DNA of 64,000 bases from Eledone cirrhosa (GCA_964016885.1 OZ024753.1:11098001-11162000); one strand, 5' to 3'; counted from the first letter of the stretch, positions 42,717 to 54,961 are shown. The notes: generated by a model not told the origin, from the sequence alone. Made by a program: numbers and translations.

Positions 42717-43693
42717 GTGTGTGTGTGTGTGTGTGTAGGCATGTGACCTGCAAAGATTGTTTAAAATTGGCTACAAACATCTAGGTGGCATACAAATGTT
42801 GCACACCCACACATACATACAACTACATATATATACACACATGTACGTATGTGCGTATCTATCTATCTATATATATATATGTATATATATGTACTGTATC
42901 CCAGTACAACCTGTCTCATGGTCGGGTCGTTGGCGACTAAACTGGCAACCCCACCAAGGTTTCTTGGTGAGGAGGGTGACTTTGGACATCCTGCAGGACT
43001 AAAAACAAAACCTGTCAAAGGGCAAAGGAGCTCTTAAAAGTCAATGGCCATCCAAAATTACCGGGAGAGATGACCCTTTAGCCTTTGTCAAGGCAGAATT
43101 CTAGGAGAAGGAAAACTGATATAACCTGCAACCCTGATGGTATCCAATGATGTTGACTTGTTCTTTTTGGTAAATATCATCTTGGTTAAGAGAGTGGGAC
43201 TGGCTTTGTGCAGTGCCTTTGCTCACTATAAAAGCTTCACGGCACAGGCATTGCTTTATATCTGGAGATCTCTCTGCACTTGTCGTCACATGGTAGCATG
43301 GGCCCAGCACTATGTGTCAATAATTGTCACAAGTGTAGTGTTTGTACCAGAGTTTTCAAGTCGCTGGCTGGACTAAAAAGTCGCACTCGTTTAGCGCATC
43401 GGTAGGAGTTCTCTTACATGGATATAAAGTAGTGGCCGTACTCGAAAACGAGTTGGCAGCCACCATATGTATATATATGTGCGTATATATATATGTGTGC
43501 GTATGTGTATATATGTTTGTATATATATATATGTGTGTGTATACAAACATATACGCATACCCACATACATATATATACACACACATACATATATATACAC
43601 ACACATACACACATGCACAGACACTCATATATACATACATGCATATATATACATATATACATGTGTATGTGTGAGTGTTTATATTTAATCAAT

Positions 43694-43980
43694 AATTGTT
43701 TCTACTTTAGGCACAAGGCCAGCAATTACCCAGTGCATTACTGGTACTTTATTTTATCGACTCCCGTAAGGATGAAAGGCAAAGTTAACCTCGGCGGGAT
43801 TTGAACTCAGATCATACAGGGAGGTGTATGATCTGAGTTCAAATCCCGCCGAGGTTAACTTTGCCTTTCATCCTTACGGAGTCGATAAAAAAAACAAAAA
43901 ACCCAGCAACGCCCTGGGGACGATTTAATCGACTTTACCTTCAAAATTGTTGGCTTTGTGCCTAAATTAGAAACCAGGAT
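43694..43980. mobile_element. Head-to-head pair of family 1 SINE fragments forming a near-perfect hairpin
   Basis: 43752-43818 is the reverse complement of 43825-43890, with a 6-nt loop. Confidence 0.85.
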
Positions 43981-44557
43981 ATAGGAGTAACAGAGGAAAT
44001 TTATAAATATTGTTTCTACTTTTGGCACAAGGCCAGCAATTATCACAGTACATTACTGGTACTTTATTTTATCGACCCCGTAAGGGTGAAAGGCAAAGTT
44101 AACCTCTTTTGGGTTTGAACTCAGACCGTAAAGGGCTGCAACGGCTGCAAACATGGCATCCGACCTTCTAACGTTATTGCCAACCCAACGCAGAAATTTG
44201 TGTTTCTACTTTTGGCACAAGGCCAGCAATTATGCCAGTGCATTACTGGTACTTTATTTAATCAACGCAGTAAAGACGAAATGCAAAGTTAACCTCGGCA
44301 TGGTTTGAACTTAGACCGTAAAGGGGTGTAACTCTATTCTATCGATACTGCCGATCCAACGCGGAGATTTATAATAATTCATTATTTTGAGGTAATTATA
44401 GGGAACAAAATACACCATTCGCACGACTCAATCCGGAAAACATCGCATAGTCGGTCTCTTGGTCTATATTTCGAATTTTTAAACCCTACAGATGAGATGG
44501 GGAGAATGTATTCTATGTTCAATGGAAGCTCTTCAGATCATGAACCCCAAAATAAGT

Positions 44558-45062
44558 ATATATAAAGTTGTAGTTCCTGTCTGTTTGTTTGTTTGTTTGT
44601 TCACGAACTCCTCCTATGGTTTTGGAGATAGACCCCCCATAACCATATATATTCTGAAACTACATTGTCCAGGGTACTTGGATGAGTATATTTCATTTTA
44701 ATCAAAGGGTTCCCCGGGGCCACAAACCCCCCGCTGAAAATTTTTTCCCTTCGATTTATTTGAAACTATAGGTAAATGACAAGATATGATGCCTATTCAC
44801 AAAAATTTCAGCAAATTTCAATAATATTAAGACACCCTAATGGGGGTTAAACCCCCTACAGTGAAAATTTTGGCAAATAAATGGAACAAGATGTGTTGTA
44901 ACAAGATAGCATGAGAACTTGATTGAAGCAACCATTATATTCGGGGCTTACAAAGGTCAAGCTCTTCTCATTCCGAGGATTCCTCTTATACCAAGTGATA
45001 GTGAGTTGCCTTTTACATTTAAGAGGCTGCAGTTCCCCGTGAGGCCATGCTTTGCCATTAGT
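44558..45062 (+). mobile_element. Helitron-derived remnant with a PIF1-type helicase fragment
   Basis: 44919-45062 encodes IEATII..YKGQALLIPRIPLIPSDSELPFTFKRLQFPVRPCFAIS, typical of Helitron RepHel helicases just before the TINKSQGQ motif. The upstream tatataaa..(GTTT)n start resembles non-autonomous Helitrons. Confidence 0.75.
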
Positions 45063-45099
45063 TTCACATATTTAAATATACTACACTCTCCTATCTATG

Positions 45100-45680
45100 A
45101 CTGGCAAGCGGTTCAGCGACTGTATCTGTATCAGTGAGCTGCTCAACATTACCAAACTTAGACCAATTACATCAATTGTCAAGTCAAGAGTACTCAAACT
45201 ATACGGTCATATAAAAAGATCAACTCGTGGTGTGAGTAGGTTATGCCTGGAAGGAAGGTTGGCTGGTAAGAGAAGCAAAGGTCGGCAGCCAAAACGATGG
45301 CTTTATAATGTCAACCTATGGACTGGGCTTGATCTTTGCTCTTTAAACTCTGCTGTTGGTGATCGAAAGGTATTATATATTCCTGGAAGGAAGGTTGGCT
45401 GGTAAGAGAAGCAGAGGTCGGCAGCCAAAATGATGGCTTGATAGTGTCAACCTATGGACTGGACTTGATCTTTAAACTCTGCTGCTGGTGATCGAAAGGT
45501 ATTATATATTCCTGGAAGGAAGGTTGGCTGGTAGGAGAAGCATAGCCCAGCAGCCAAAACTATGGCTTGACAATGTTAACTTATGGACTGGACTTGAACT
45601 CTACTGTTGGTCATCGAACTTTATGGCGCGAGATATCACATGATGCGCAGTCTGCAACTGGCGGAGTTTAGCGCCACGAG
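45100..45680 (+). mobile_element. RTE-like LINE 3' fragment with an internal segment (about 130 bp) repeated three times
   Basis: LKLYGHIKRS..LEGRLAGKRSKGRQPKRW. The segment cctggaaggaaggttggctgg occurs at 45246, 45382 and 45511. Confidence 0.7.
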
Positions 45681-46261
45681 AAACATTCTCCTATTTGTAC
45701 TGTGAAACTAATAAATTCTCTGTAAGTGACACACCACAAACTTTATATTAAATATGCTACATTCTCCTATTTACACTGTGGACTTCTAAAACACATGTGC
45801 ACCACTATGGCACCAACAAATTATCTGTGGGAAACATAAAGTACCGTAATCTATTGACAAAACAATTCTATGTCCAACATATCATCTCTATGACTTAGAG
45901 TTATTAACTCCCAATAGTGATCAAGATGATCAACGTTTCTAGATGTATCTAATTTTTTATATATATATTTACCATTTTATATATTATTTTCTATATTGAT
46001 CTTTACTGCTTCTGCTATATAATAATTTCCCAATCACATGTTTTCCACGGAGGATATTTTATTCTATATTTATCTGAGCATTTTGTAATTCCTTATATTT
46101 TTATATTCTAGTACATATGTGATTACTTGTTTGTATGTAAATGTGTGTGTGTGTGTTATGTATTTCCCTAGAAAAGATAAAGGAAAGAAGAGTGCTATAT
46201 GTATAGTACAGAGCTATTTAATTACATTATCTGTAGGCGACACACTATTTAAATATATATA

Positions 46262-46616
46262 TACAATATTAAATAAAGGGAAACTATATTTATAAAACCA
46301 TATTTATTCTATTATATATATTTTAAGGGTACCAAAACTTTGGTACATAACCAGGAAAAACTTGAACCGTTAAGATATTTTTTCTTGGTTATGTCAATAT
46401 TTATACAACAAACTTTGTATTTTATCTGATGATAGCGTACCAAAGTTTTGGTACCCTTGAAATATATATAATAGAATAAATATGGTTTTATAAATATAGT
46501 TTCCATTTATTTAATATCATTGAATATTATACTCCAGAAAACTTGTCGAGTGCTTTGTATCAGTTATAAACATTTATATTTGTTGAATTACCAACACATT
46601 GAAGATCCATTTTGCT
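46262..46616 (+). mobile_element. Family J fold-back element with a hammerhead-like core
   Basis: CTGATGA at 46426, stem II 46433-46458, GAAA at 46459. The inverted left arm ends at 46346 and the tail contains gtcgagtgct. Confidence 0.78.
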
Positions 46617-46644
46617 TATATATATATATATATATATATATATA

Positions 46645-46858
46645 ACGGAGGAAATGTGGTAAGGAACCAGGTGGACCATAACGCACCAAAGTACTCAATA
46701 CTTAGGGTAGTAGAGTGGGTAATAGGAACGAGTAGGACCCCGACGGCTGAGCTCAAGCCGTTTCGACGGCTAATTCTGGACTAAAATCAGACTAAATTTT
46801 AGTCCAGAATTAGCCGTCGAAACGGCTTGAGCTCAGCCGTCGGGGTCCTACTCGTTCC

Positions 46859-46861
<3 letters not shown>
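46645..46861 (-). mobile_element. Family A fold-back element in (TA)n
   Basis: Perfect 66-bp arms 46722-46787 / 46796-46861 and tail 46645-46721. Confidence 0.88.
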
Positions 46862-46889
<28 letters not shown>

Positions 46890-47197
46890 CCCCCTACGGC
46901 TACGTATTTCCCTTCGAGACACAAGTTCCAGCAAAGTTGTTTTGTGGAAGACCAGCAGTCGCCGATACATACCAGTCTCCTCTTCCCACGCCACCGATGA
47001 TGTCCAAGGGAAAGGCAATGACCGATACAGCTTGACACCACTGACGACGCAACTTATTTCTACATCTGAGGAACCTGGAGCAACATGAAATAAAGTGTCT
47101 TGTTCAAAGACACAACGCATCACCCGTTCCGAAAAACGAACTCTCAACCACCCAATCGCAAGCTCTACGCACTAACCACTAAGCCATGCGCCTTCAC
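46890..47197 (-). mobile_element. tRNA-derived SINE, family 2, near full length
   Basis: The reverse complement starts gaaggcgcatggcttagtggttag and has a gagttcg B-box-like motif. Body shared with 7735-7880 and 9052-9250. Confidence 0.8.
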
Positions 47198-47564
47198 ACA
47201 CATATCTCTCCACATCTATATCTATCTCTCTATCTATATATCTATATACTTCTTAAACACTAACCAATCATGTATGCAATATATATTAAATTCCATATCT
47301 GTTCTCTCCCTCTTTGCTTTCTGTTACCCCACCTCCATACCTACACACTACCGACATGCTCCACCTACCCTTCCCCTCTATAATATTAACTGCAGCCGTT
47401 GTCTTCCTTTAGTTTTATCTGTATTTCTGTTTGTCATGTTACATATAATTTAATGGTTTATAACATCACATGAGATATACTAATATAACTATACAGTCTG
47501 AGTTGGACGGGACAGTTTGTCTCTTGATTTCATTCTGTTTACAAGTTTGAAGATGTGACCTTAC

Positions 47565-47725
47565 CATTTGAGTTATGCTCAAAATAAGTTATGCAATTAT
47601 CTGTGTATAAATGTTTGCATGACACAATAGCTACCAGCAGAAATGTTAGTGGAACGGTCGTGACCCCATAAACCAATGTTACACTAAATGATTTCTTTGA
47701 TAACTTTATATATATACGACTCCAA
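47565..47725 (-). CDS. Candidate exon with a hydrophobic (signal/TM-like) segment
   Basis: Pyrimidine tract plus ttaac plus ccag acceptor, ATG|gtaagg donor, 161 nt, open in phase 2-1: WSRIYIKLSKKSFSVTLVYGVTTVPLTFLLVAIVSCKHLYTDNCITYFEHNSN. No homology recognised. Confidence 0.35.
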
Positions 47726-47860
47726 CTGGAGTTACGGGTTAAAAGAAGAAACAAGAAGACTCCTGATTATATGTTGTCCATAACGATTGATTCAATAAGT
47801 TAACTAAGAAAGTGATAAAGATATTTTTCTTTTTTGTTCCAATGAAGACGGTTACAGAGT

Positions 47861-47971
<111 letters not shown>

Positions 47972-48021
47972 TTATAAAATAACAGGAGGCTGGACTGGTG
48001 TAATTCCTTAAAAGGTTTATT

Positions 48022-48079
48022 ATACTAAGATCATTTCAGCGACCGTGTTCAGTATAAATCCTGTGACATCATCAGGTAT
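48022..48079 (-). ncRNA. Hammerhead-like motif, slightly degenerate
   Basis: Reverse complement: ATAC-CTGATGA-TGTCAC..GGTCGCT-GAAA-TGATCT-TA-GTAT, followed by AATAAA. Confidence 0.55.
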
Positions 48080-48229
48080 TCGAAATATAACAAAGGAATA
48101 TAATAGACAAAATCTATGGGCTGAACAGCAGATACATGAGGGCGGCCGAACATTTAGCAGCTTCTACCCCGGTCAGCCGCCCTCAAGTGGTGATTATTAA
48201 GGCTACTTATGTCCATCTGGTGAAGGGGT

Positions 48230-48536
48230 GTAGGCTTATAGTGTACTACTACCACCCCGTCAAAGACAGAGGCCAGCGTTGAGGTCAGGGCACAATCAAG
48301 CTGGTCATGCGTGCTAGAAACGAAGACGGGCGAGTTGCATTACGTTGATTGCTCCCCATATTACATCGAGGTTGACCATACGGAATGACCAGATCTATCC
48401 AGTGGTGAAGTATCTTATTTTATCGACCTCGTAAGGATGAACGGCAAAGTTAACTTTGGCGGGATTTGAACTCCGACTGTGAAGGGGCGTAACTATGCTA
48501 CAAAGCATGGCGTTCGACCCTCTACCGATACTGCCA
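48230..48536 (-). mobile_element. Family 1 SINE variant with a longer, different 3' body
   Basis: The SINE head and core at 48410-48536 join a body that matches 11240-11400 in reverse. Confidence 0.6.
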
Positions 48537-48942
48537 CGAATTAATCGGATAGGAGCGAAATGCCAACGATAATTGTCTCACCCACTCAATGCTTTAATTA
48601 AGCCAGTATCATTTATATACTAACCAGAATGCATACTTATACATTAATAGTGAGAAAATCGATTTCGTGTGGGTATGGAGTTTGATTATCTGGCCACAGA
48701 CAAATGCATTACTTTCTGCTACTCCATCTGCTGGCGACAGTCCATATGGAGCCGGCGTGCATAGAAATTAGTTGATGCTATTAAGCATTACGTAATTGGC
48801 TAAGGTTAGCGTCATCAGCGAGGAATTAGCCTCTTTGGAACATGTCAGTACGAGCCTACTATCTTGGTTTAAATTTGTCATTACAGTAGTAAGCTTCACT
48901 TTCAATGTCATGTGTCAGTGAAGATTATATATATATATATAT

Positions 48943-49101
48943 ACGTTATTCCGGGTTCAATCGGAGGTAACCACAGTAAGTAAGGTACTCAATACATTGC
49001 AGAGTATAAAAGTTTTAATATAGATGAGATTCTACAGGACTAGAACTGTTTCATCTGATGATTTCTAAAGAATGAAACAGTTCTAGTCCTGTAGAATATC
49101 A

Positions 49102-49105
<4 letters not shown>
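48943..49105 (-). mobile_element. Family I fold-back element
   Basis: Reverse-orientation homologue of 27761-27960, with CTGATGA at 49055 on the + strand. Confidence 0.8.
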
Positions 49106-49154
<49 letters not shown>

Positions 49155-49413
49155 AAAACCACAAACCCTCCATCTCAATTCAGCACAAGAACTGCGAAAC
49201 CGGTAAAGGAACCAAATAAATATATTAAAAAAAAAAAAATTCCAGTTGCATTTTCAATTTCATCTTTTTTCCTTATACTTTCACTCGTGTAGGAGACCTC
49301 GTTTTTTTTATTTTTGTAAAAAAACCCTCACTTTCTAATATATATATATATTAATTAGAAAGTGAACAATACAACATATAACTACTCCAATACCAAAGGT
49401 TTCAGGACCCTAG

Positions 49414-49452
<39 letters not shown>

Positions 49453-49454
<2 letters not shown>

Positions 49455-49621
49455 CAATATGTTGAAAAGGTAACACACCAGAGAGAGATATATAGTGCGT
49501 TATCACATCTCTGGTGTGTTACCTTTTCAACATATTGTATTTTAAAGAGCTCAGGATCTCTTCTTTGAGCACATTATTTACAGGGAATAGCGAGGGCCTA
49601 TGCCTCCGTTAATTTATCGTG
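49453..49621 (+). mobile_element. Short fold-back element with tail in (TA)n
   Basis: Arms of about 31 bp (tacaatatgttgaaaaggtaacacaccagag and its reverse complement) and tail hairpin GCTC-AGGA..TTCT-TT-GAGCAC. Confidence 0.7.
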
Positions 49622-49655
<34 letters not shown>

Positions 49656-49660
49656 GTATA

Positions 49661-49990
49661 ATTCGTTTTGTGAGATTTCTTATCTGAAAACGTGTGTTGA
49701 AACAGATATTGTTATACTTTGGGAGGGTCATGTTGCCAATAAAAACACACGCACCTCTTAGAATTCAATTCAATTTATTATTGGTGTAGGACAGAACAAA
49801 GGAGAGACACACAAAATAAAAACCTAGTCATTGAGGAGGTCACAGAATGTGTGACGAAAGAGCTTTGACAATATATAAACAACCTTCCGGTTATCGAACC
49901 AACCAATCGGAAATTTATGATAATTGAAATGAAAACCAACAGGTGCGCGTGTTTTTATTGGCAACATGACCCTCCCAAAGTATAACAATA

Positions 49991-49991
<1 letters not shown>
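49661..49991 (+). mobile_element. Fold-back element with a degenerate hammerhead-like motif
   Basis: Arms 49706-49756 / 49941-49991. GTCA-TTGAGGA-G-GTCACA..TGTGAC-GAAA-GAGC-TT-TGAC at 49827-49869. Confidence 0.65.
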
Positions 49992-50032
<41 letters not shown>

Positions 50033-50033
50033 A

Positions 50034-50378
50034 AAAATAAAATAAAATAAAACAAGGACAAGTGGTTACTCCTTCATTACGTTTATTGGTTGACGACGCG
50101 GGTTTCGCCAATGATCAGCTCAAGGTTTGATCTGCATCGATCTAGACCGACTCTGTAATCAACGGTTCGTTGGGCTAGATCGATACAGATCGAACCTTGA
50201 GCTGATGGATGTCGAAACCCGCGTCACCAACCAATAAACGTAATGAAAGAGTAACCACTTGTCCTTGTTTTATTTTATTATACTACACTGTTGGCTCTAC
50301 ATCTCGATACTGACATGAACCACCTAAACGTCGAGTGCTCATCCGGGGTGAACCTACAGTAACTCCAAGTTACACTCC

Positions 50379-50382
<4 letters not shown>
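50034..50382 (+). mobile_element. Family C fold-back element in (TA)n
   Basis: Imperfect arms of about 100 bp. The right arm has GAAACCCGCGTC then AATAAA, and the tail has gtcgagtgct at 50330. Confidence 0.75.
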
Positions 50383-50449
<67 letters not shown>

Positions 50450-50539
50450 GGAAAAGAGTCAGGACCCCGACGGCTGAGCTCGGGCCGTTTCGACAGCTAG
50501 TTCCTTACCACACTTCCATTATATATATATATATATATG

Positions 50540-51031
50540 TAGAGGTTATATTTAATTTGTTGGGATACAACAAGCAAAATATTTTTATAACTGATATAAA
50601 GCACTCAACAAATTATTGGAGTAAATATACAATATATTGTTTCTACTTTAGGCACAAGGCCAGCAATTATCCCAGTGCATTACTGGTACTTTATTCTATC
50701 GACCCCGTAAGGATGAAAGGCCAAGTCAACCTCGGTGGGATTTGAACTCAGATCGTAAAGGGACGTAACTATGCTGGAAAGCATGGCGTCCGACCCTCTA
50801 CAGATACTGCCAATCCAAAATGGAAACTATATTTATAAAACCATATTTATTTCATTATACATATTTGTAGAATGGTTGCATTTTTTAGGGGTATGTCAAT
50901 ATTTATTTATAAAACTAACCTATATTATATTTTATCTGATGAAAGCGCACCATAGTTTGCTCTGGTGACCCTTGAAATATGTATAATGAAATAAATATGG
51001 TTTTATAAATATAGTTTCCATTTGTTAATAT

Positions 51032-51036
<5 letters not shown>
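50540..51036 (+). mobile_element. Family J fold-back element interrupted by a family 1 SINE (50636-50817)
   Basis: Tail 50540-50630, CTGATGA at 50936, GAAA at 50974, and arms matching the 8583-8963 copy. Confidence 0.75.
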
Positions 51037-51074
<38 letters not shown>

Positions 51075-51079
51075 CTCAA

Positions 51080-51325
51080 GCTGTGGCACGACTGAGGTTA
51101 GCTGGACATGCTCACCGACATCCAGAGTTGACATTGCACTCAGTGCTCCTTTGGGAGCCTCTACATGGACACACTAGAAGAGGAAGACCAAGGTTAACGT
51201 ATGTTGATGCCCTAAGGACAGACACTGGTCTGTTGGAGACGCAGGACATGACAGCGATAATGAGGGACAGAGACCGCTGGAGAGAACTCGTCCATGGATC
51301 TCGGGAATTTTACCCGCCTTAGATA
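51080..51325 (+). mobile_element. RTE-like LINE 3' end
   Basis: RLRLAGHAHRHPELTLHSVLLWEPLHGHTRRGRPRLTYVD...RDRDRWRELV with a (TAGA)n tail. An inverted homologue lies at 52655-52995. Confidence 0.8.
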
Positions 51326-51334
51326 GATATATAT

Positions 51335-51683
51335 GTAGTTGTTGTATGGTTGCAATTAAATGCGTCTGTAGGCGGTATGCCGACTGGTTGAGCATTCGAT
51401 GCTCGCGCAGAGCAGATTACATTATTATAGATAACGAGAAATCAGTGATGCATCAAACTACAATTTGTTAACATATTACACATGTTTCTCCGTCATTCAG
51501 TTCGAGGCTGATTGAATCAGATGGAATACTTTGAATCCACAAGACATATCTGAGGAACTTTCGAATGCAGAGTCGGGTTCGATCTCTAACAGATCCTGCC
51601 TCGAGCTGATCGACGGGGAATCATATGTAATATGCTAATAAATTGTAGTTTGATGCATCACTGATTCCTGGTTATTATGTAAT
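51335..51683 (+). mobile_element. Fold-back element with a long-stem-II hammerhead-like motif
   Basis: Arms 51431-51508 / 51598-51675. CATAT-CTGAGGA(51550)..GAAT-CATATG-TA-ATATG(51634), then AATAAA. Confidence 0.7.
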
Positions 51684-51800
51684 ATATTCTGAGTTCAAAT
51701 CCCGCCGAGGTTGACTTTGCCTTTCATCCTTAAGGGGTCGATAAAATAAAGTACCAGTAATGAACTGGTGAATTGCTGGCCTTGTGCCTAAAGTAGAAAC

Positions 51801-51839
<39 letters not shown>

Positions 51840-51865
51840 AATACAACAGTTTGTTCACCATACCG

Positions 51866-51900
51866 AGAACAATTGTTTCACCTTATGCGGATCTTCAGCT
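51866..51900 (-). ncRNA. Minimal hammerhead-like motif with weak stem I
   Basis: Reverse complement: AG-CTGAAGA-TCCGCATAAGGT-GAAA-CAATTG-TT-CT, with palindrome ACAATTGT. Confidence 0.4.
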
Positions 51901-52432
51901 ACTGTTACTACTTCTACCAAACTCGTCCCATGGCCTGACTGCTCTACCACTACGGATATTACCTTCCAGTGTTCTACCTCTCTCTCTCTCTCATTATATA
52001 TATATATATATATAAAATAAAGTACTAGTAATGCACTAGGTAATTGTTGGCCTTGTGCCTAAAGTAGAAACAATTATATATATATAAGGAACGTAACTAT
52101 ATATATATAAGGGACGTAACTATGCTGGATGCCATGCTTTCCAGCATAGTTACGTCCCTTAACGATCTGAGTTCAAACTCCGCTGAGTTTGACTTTGCCT
52201 TTCATCCTTACGGGGTCGATAAAATAAAGTACCAGTAATACATTGGATAATTGCTGGCCTTGTGCCAAAAAGTAGAAACAATTATATATATATATATATA
52301 GAAAGTTATGTTACCCTATTAGGGTCTATAATATCTGCCTCAGACGAACCCCATTGGGCGAAACATGTGTAAGAGCTTTATAAAGATATGTTTTAACGGC
52401 TTGTAACTCTTTCATTAATTATTTTGCTTATA

Positions 52433-52642
52433 CAGGGTGTTTCAAAAACATTGATATCAATGGCCTGTTCCCAAGGTTATCACATTGAAATATATATTGT
52501 GAATTAATGTTATAGCGTGGACATGTTTTGAGGAATAAATCTTGTGTTACTCAACAAGGAGCCTCCTTAGACTCATTGTCCTAGACCTTGTAGTTTCTGG
52601 GATATTTACCTCAAATGATACTAAATTTTTTGAAACACTCTA
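52433..52642. mobile_element. Tc1/mariner-like MITE
   Basis: TIRs CAGGGTGTTTCAAAAA / TTTTTGAAACACTCTA with TA flanks. Confidence 0.7.
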
Positions 52643-52654
52643 TATATATATATA

Positions 52655-52995
52655 TCTAGGACGGGTAAAATTCCCGGGATCCATGGACGAGTTCTCTCCA
52701 GCCGTCCCTGTCCCTCATTATCGCTGGAGTCCTGCGTCTCCAACAGACCAGTGTCTGTCCTTAGGGCATCAACATATGTCAACCTCCGTCACCCTCTTCC
52801 AGTGTGTCCATGTAGGGGCTCCCACAAGAGCACTGAGTGCAATGTCAACTCTGGATGTCGGTGAGCATGTCCAGCTAACCTCAGTCTCCTCTGTGTCACT
52901 TTTGAGCTGACTTTTGGGAGGCTCCCATACAGCTCTGAGTTTTTCATCCTCAGTGTATACTCATTAATGTTCAGAGCCATCCTCAGCATTCTCGT
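52655..52995 (-). mobile_element. RTE-like LINE 3' end
   Basis: TRMLRMALNI..NSELYGSLPKVSSKVTQRRLRLAGHAHRHPEL; same family as 51080-51325. Confidence 0.8.
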
Positions 52996-53515
52996 TATAT
53001 ATATATATAAAGGTATACATGTATAAAGGTATATATATATATATAAAGCTATGTAAGGATATCGTGGCATGCTAGAAATGAGTGTGGTTGCCAGATGGAA
53101 TGAATAAATGTAGCAGTAATCGAGTAAGGCTACGTTGTTATTTCTTGGTAAAACCGACATTTTGAGCTATTTATGCAAATCTAGTTTTTCTGATCACAGT
53201 ACTTATGATAATATCAACAAATAATAATCTAAAACAACGATATTATTATAGATCATATCACTGTGTGAATACATATTGATTTATATGAAAATAAGTTTTA
53301 TTTCGTTCACACACACAGACACACACACGAACATACACACACACACACACACACACACGAGCACATACATAGAAAGCGATATTCACATGCTTTTAAATAC
53401 AAAAATATTCATACATATATATAAGTGTAGACACACGCAAACGTACACATACATATTTATGTATGTACATATATACACATGCATATACTTATTTAGATAT
53501 ATGTATCATACATAT

Positions 53516-53625
<110 letters not shown>

Positions 53626-54217
53626 CCTACATATATAAACATACATATTTATACATTCACTCACACAAAGACATCAAATAACATCTATATATATATATAT
53701 ATATATATATACGATATATATATTTATATATATATAAATATATATATATCGTAAATATATATATATAAATATATATATATTTATATATATAAATATATAT
53801 ATATTTATATATATATATATATATTTACGATATATATATATTATATATATATAAATATATATATATCGTAAATTTATATATATATATAAATATATATATA
53901 TTTATATATATATATATATATATATACGATATATATATTTATATAGATATATATATATACGATATATATATTTATATAGATATATATATATATATACGAT
54001 ATATATATTTATATAGATATATATATATATACACGATATATATATTTATATAGATATATATATATACGATATATATATTTATATAGATATATATATATAT
54101 ACGATATATATATTTATATAGATATATATATATATATACGATATATATATTTATATATATACATTCATTCACACAATGACATCAAATAACACATATCTAT
54201 ACACACACACACGTGTG

Positions 54218-54262
<45 letters not shown>

Positions 54263-54269
54263 GATATAT

Positions 54270-54303
<34 letters not shown>

Positions 54304-54655
54304 GATATATATAATATATATATGCATTGATATGCACATACATATAGATACATATTTACAAATATATGTATAGATATATATATATATATATAAAGTCTCA
54401 CAGTGTGTGCGTGAGTATTTGTGCAATTATCTAAGTTTATTGCTTCCCCATAAAACCCAATCTTACCCTAACATAAATAATGCAGCCGACATGTTAATCC
54501 TGTACAAACCTGCTGGCTCCATTCTATCTACCAATATTACACTTTGGCATTTAGCCACCATATTAAGCCAACGCAATTTCTGATCGACACCTTTATTTCT
54601 ATAAATTGGCTAAATTGACCACAGCTCTGACGTATAGGGCAGCATGTGTGAATGT

Positions 54656-54703
<48 letters not shown>

Positions 54704-54810
54704 GTGTGTGTGTGTAGGTGTGTGTGTGTGTGTGTGTAGATGTGTGTGTGTGTGTGTGTGTAGATGTGTGTGTGTGTGTGTGTAGGTGTGTGTGTGTAGG
54801 TGTGTGTGTG

Positions 54811-54885
<75 letters not shown>

Positions 54886-54920
54886 AGATGTGTGTGTGTG
54901 TTTCTATGCTTGTCTGCATG

Positions 54921-54961
<41 letters not shown>

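Noticed and set aside
42910-43110. GC-richer segment resembling a LINE 5' UTR, possibly with an HDV-like ribozyme
   Set aside because: I could not build the nested double pseudoknot by eye. It needs a descriptor search.
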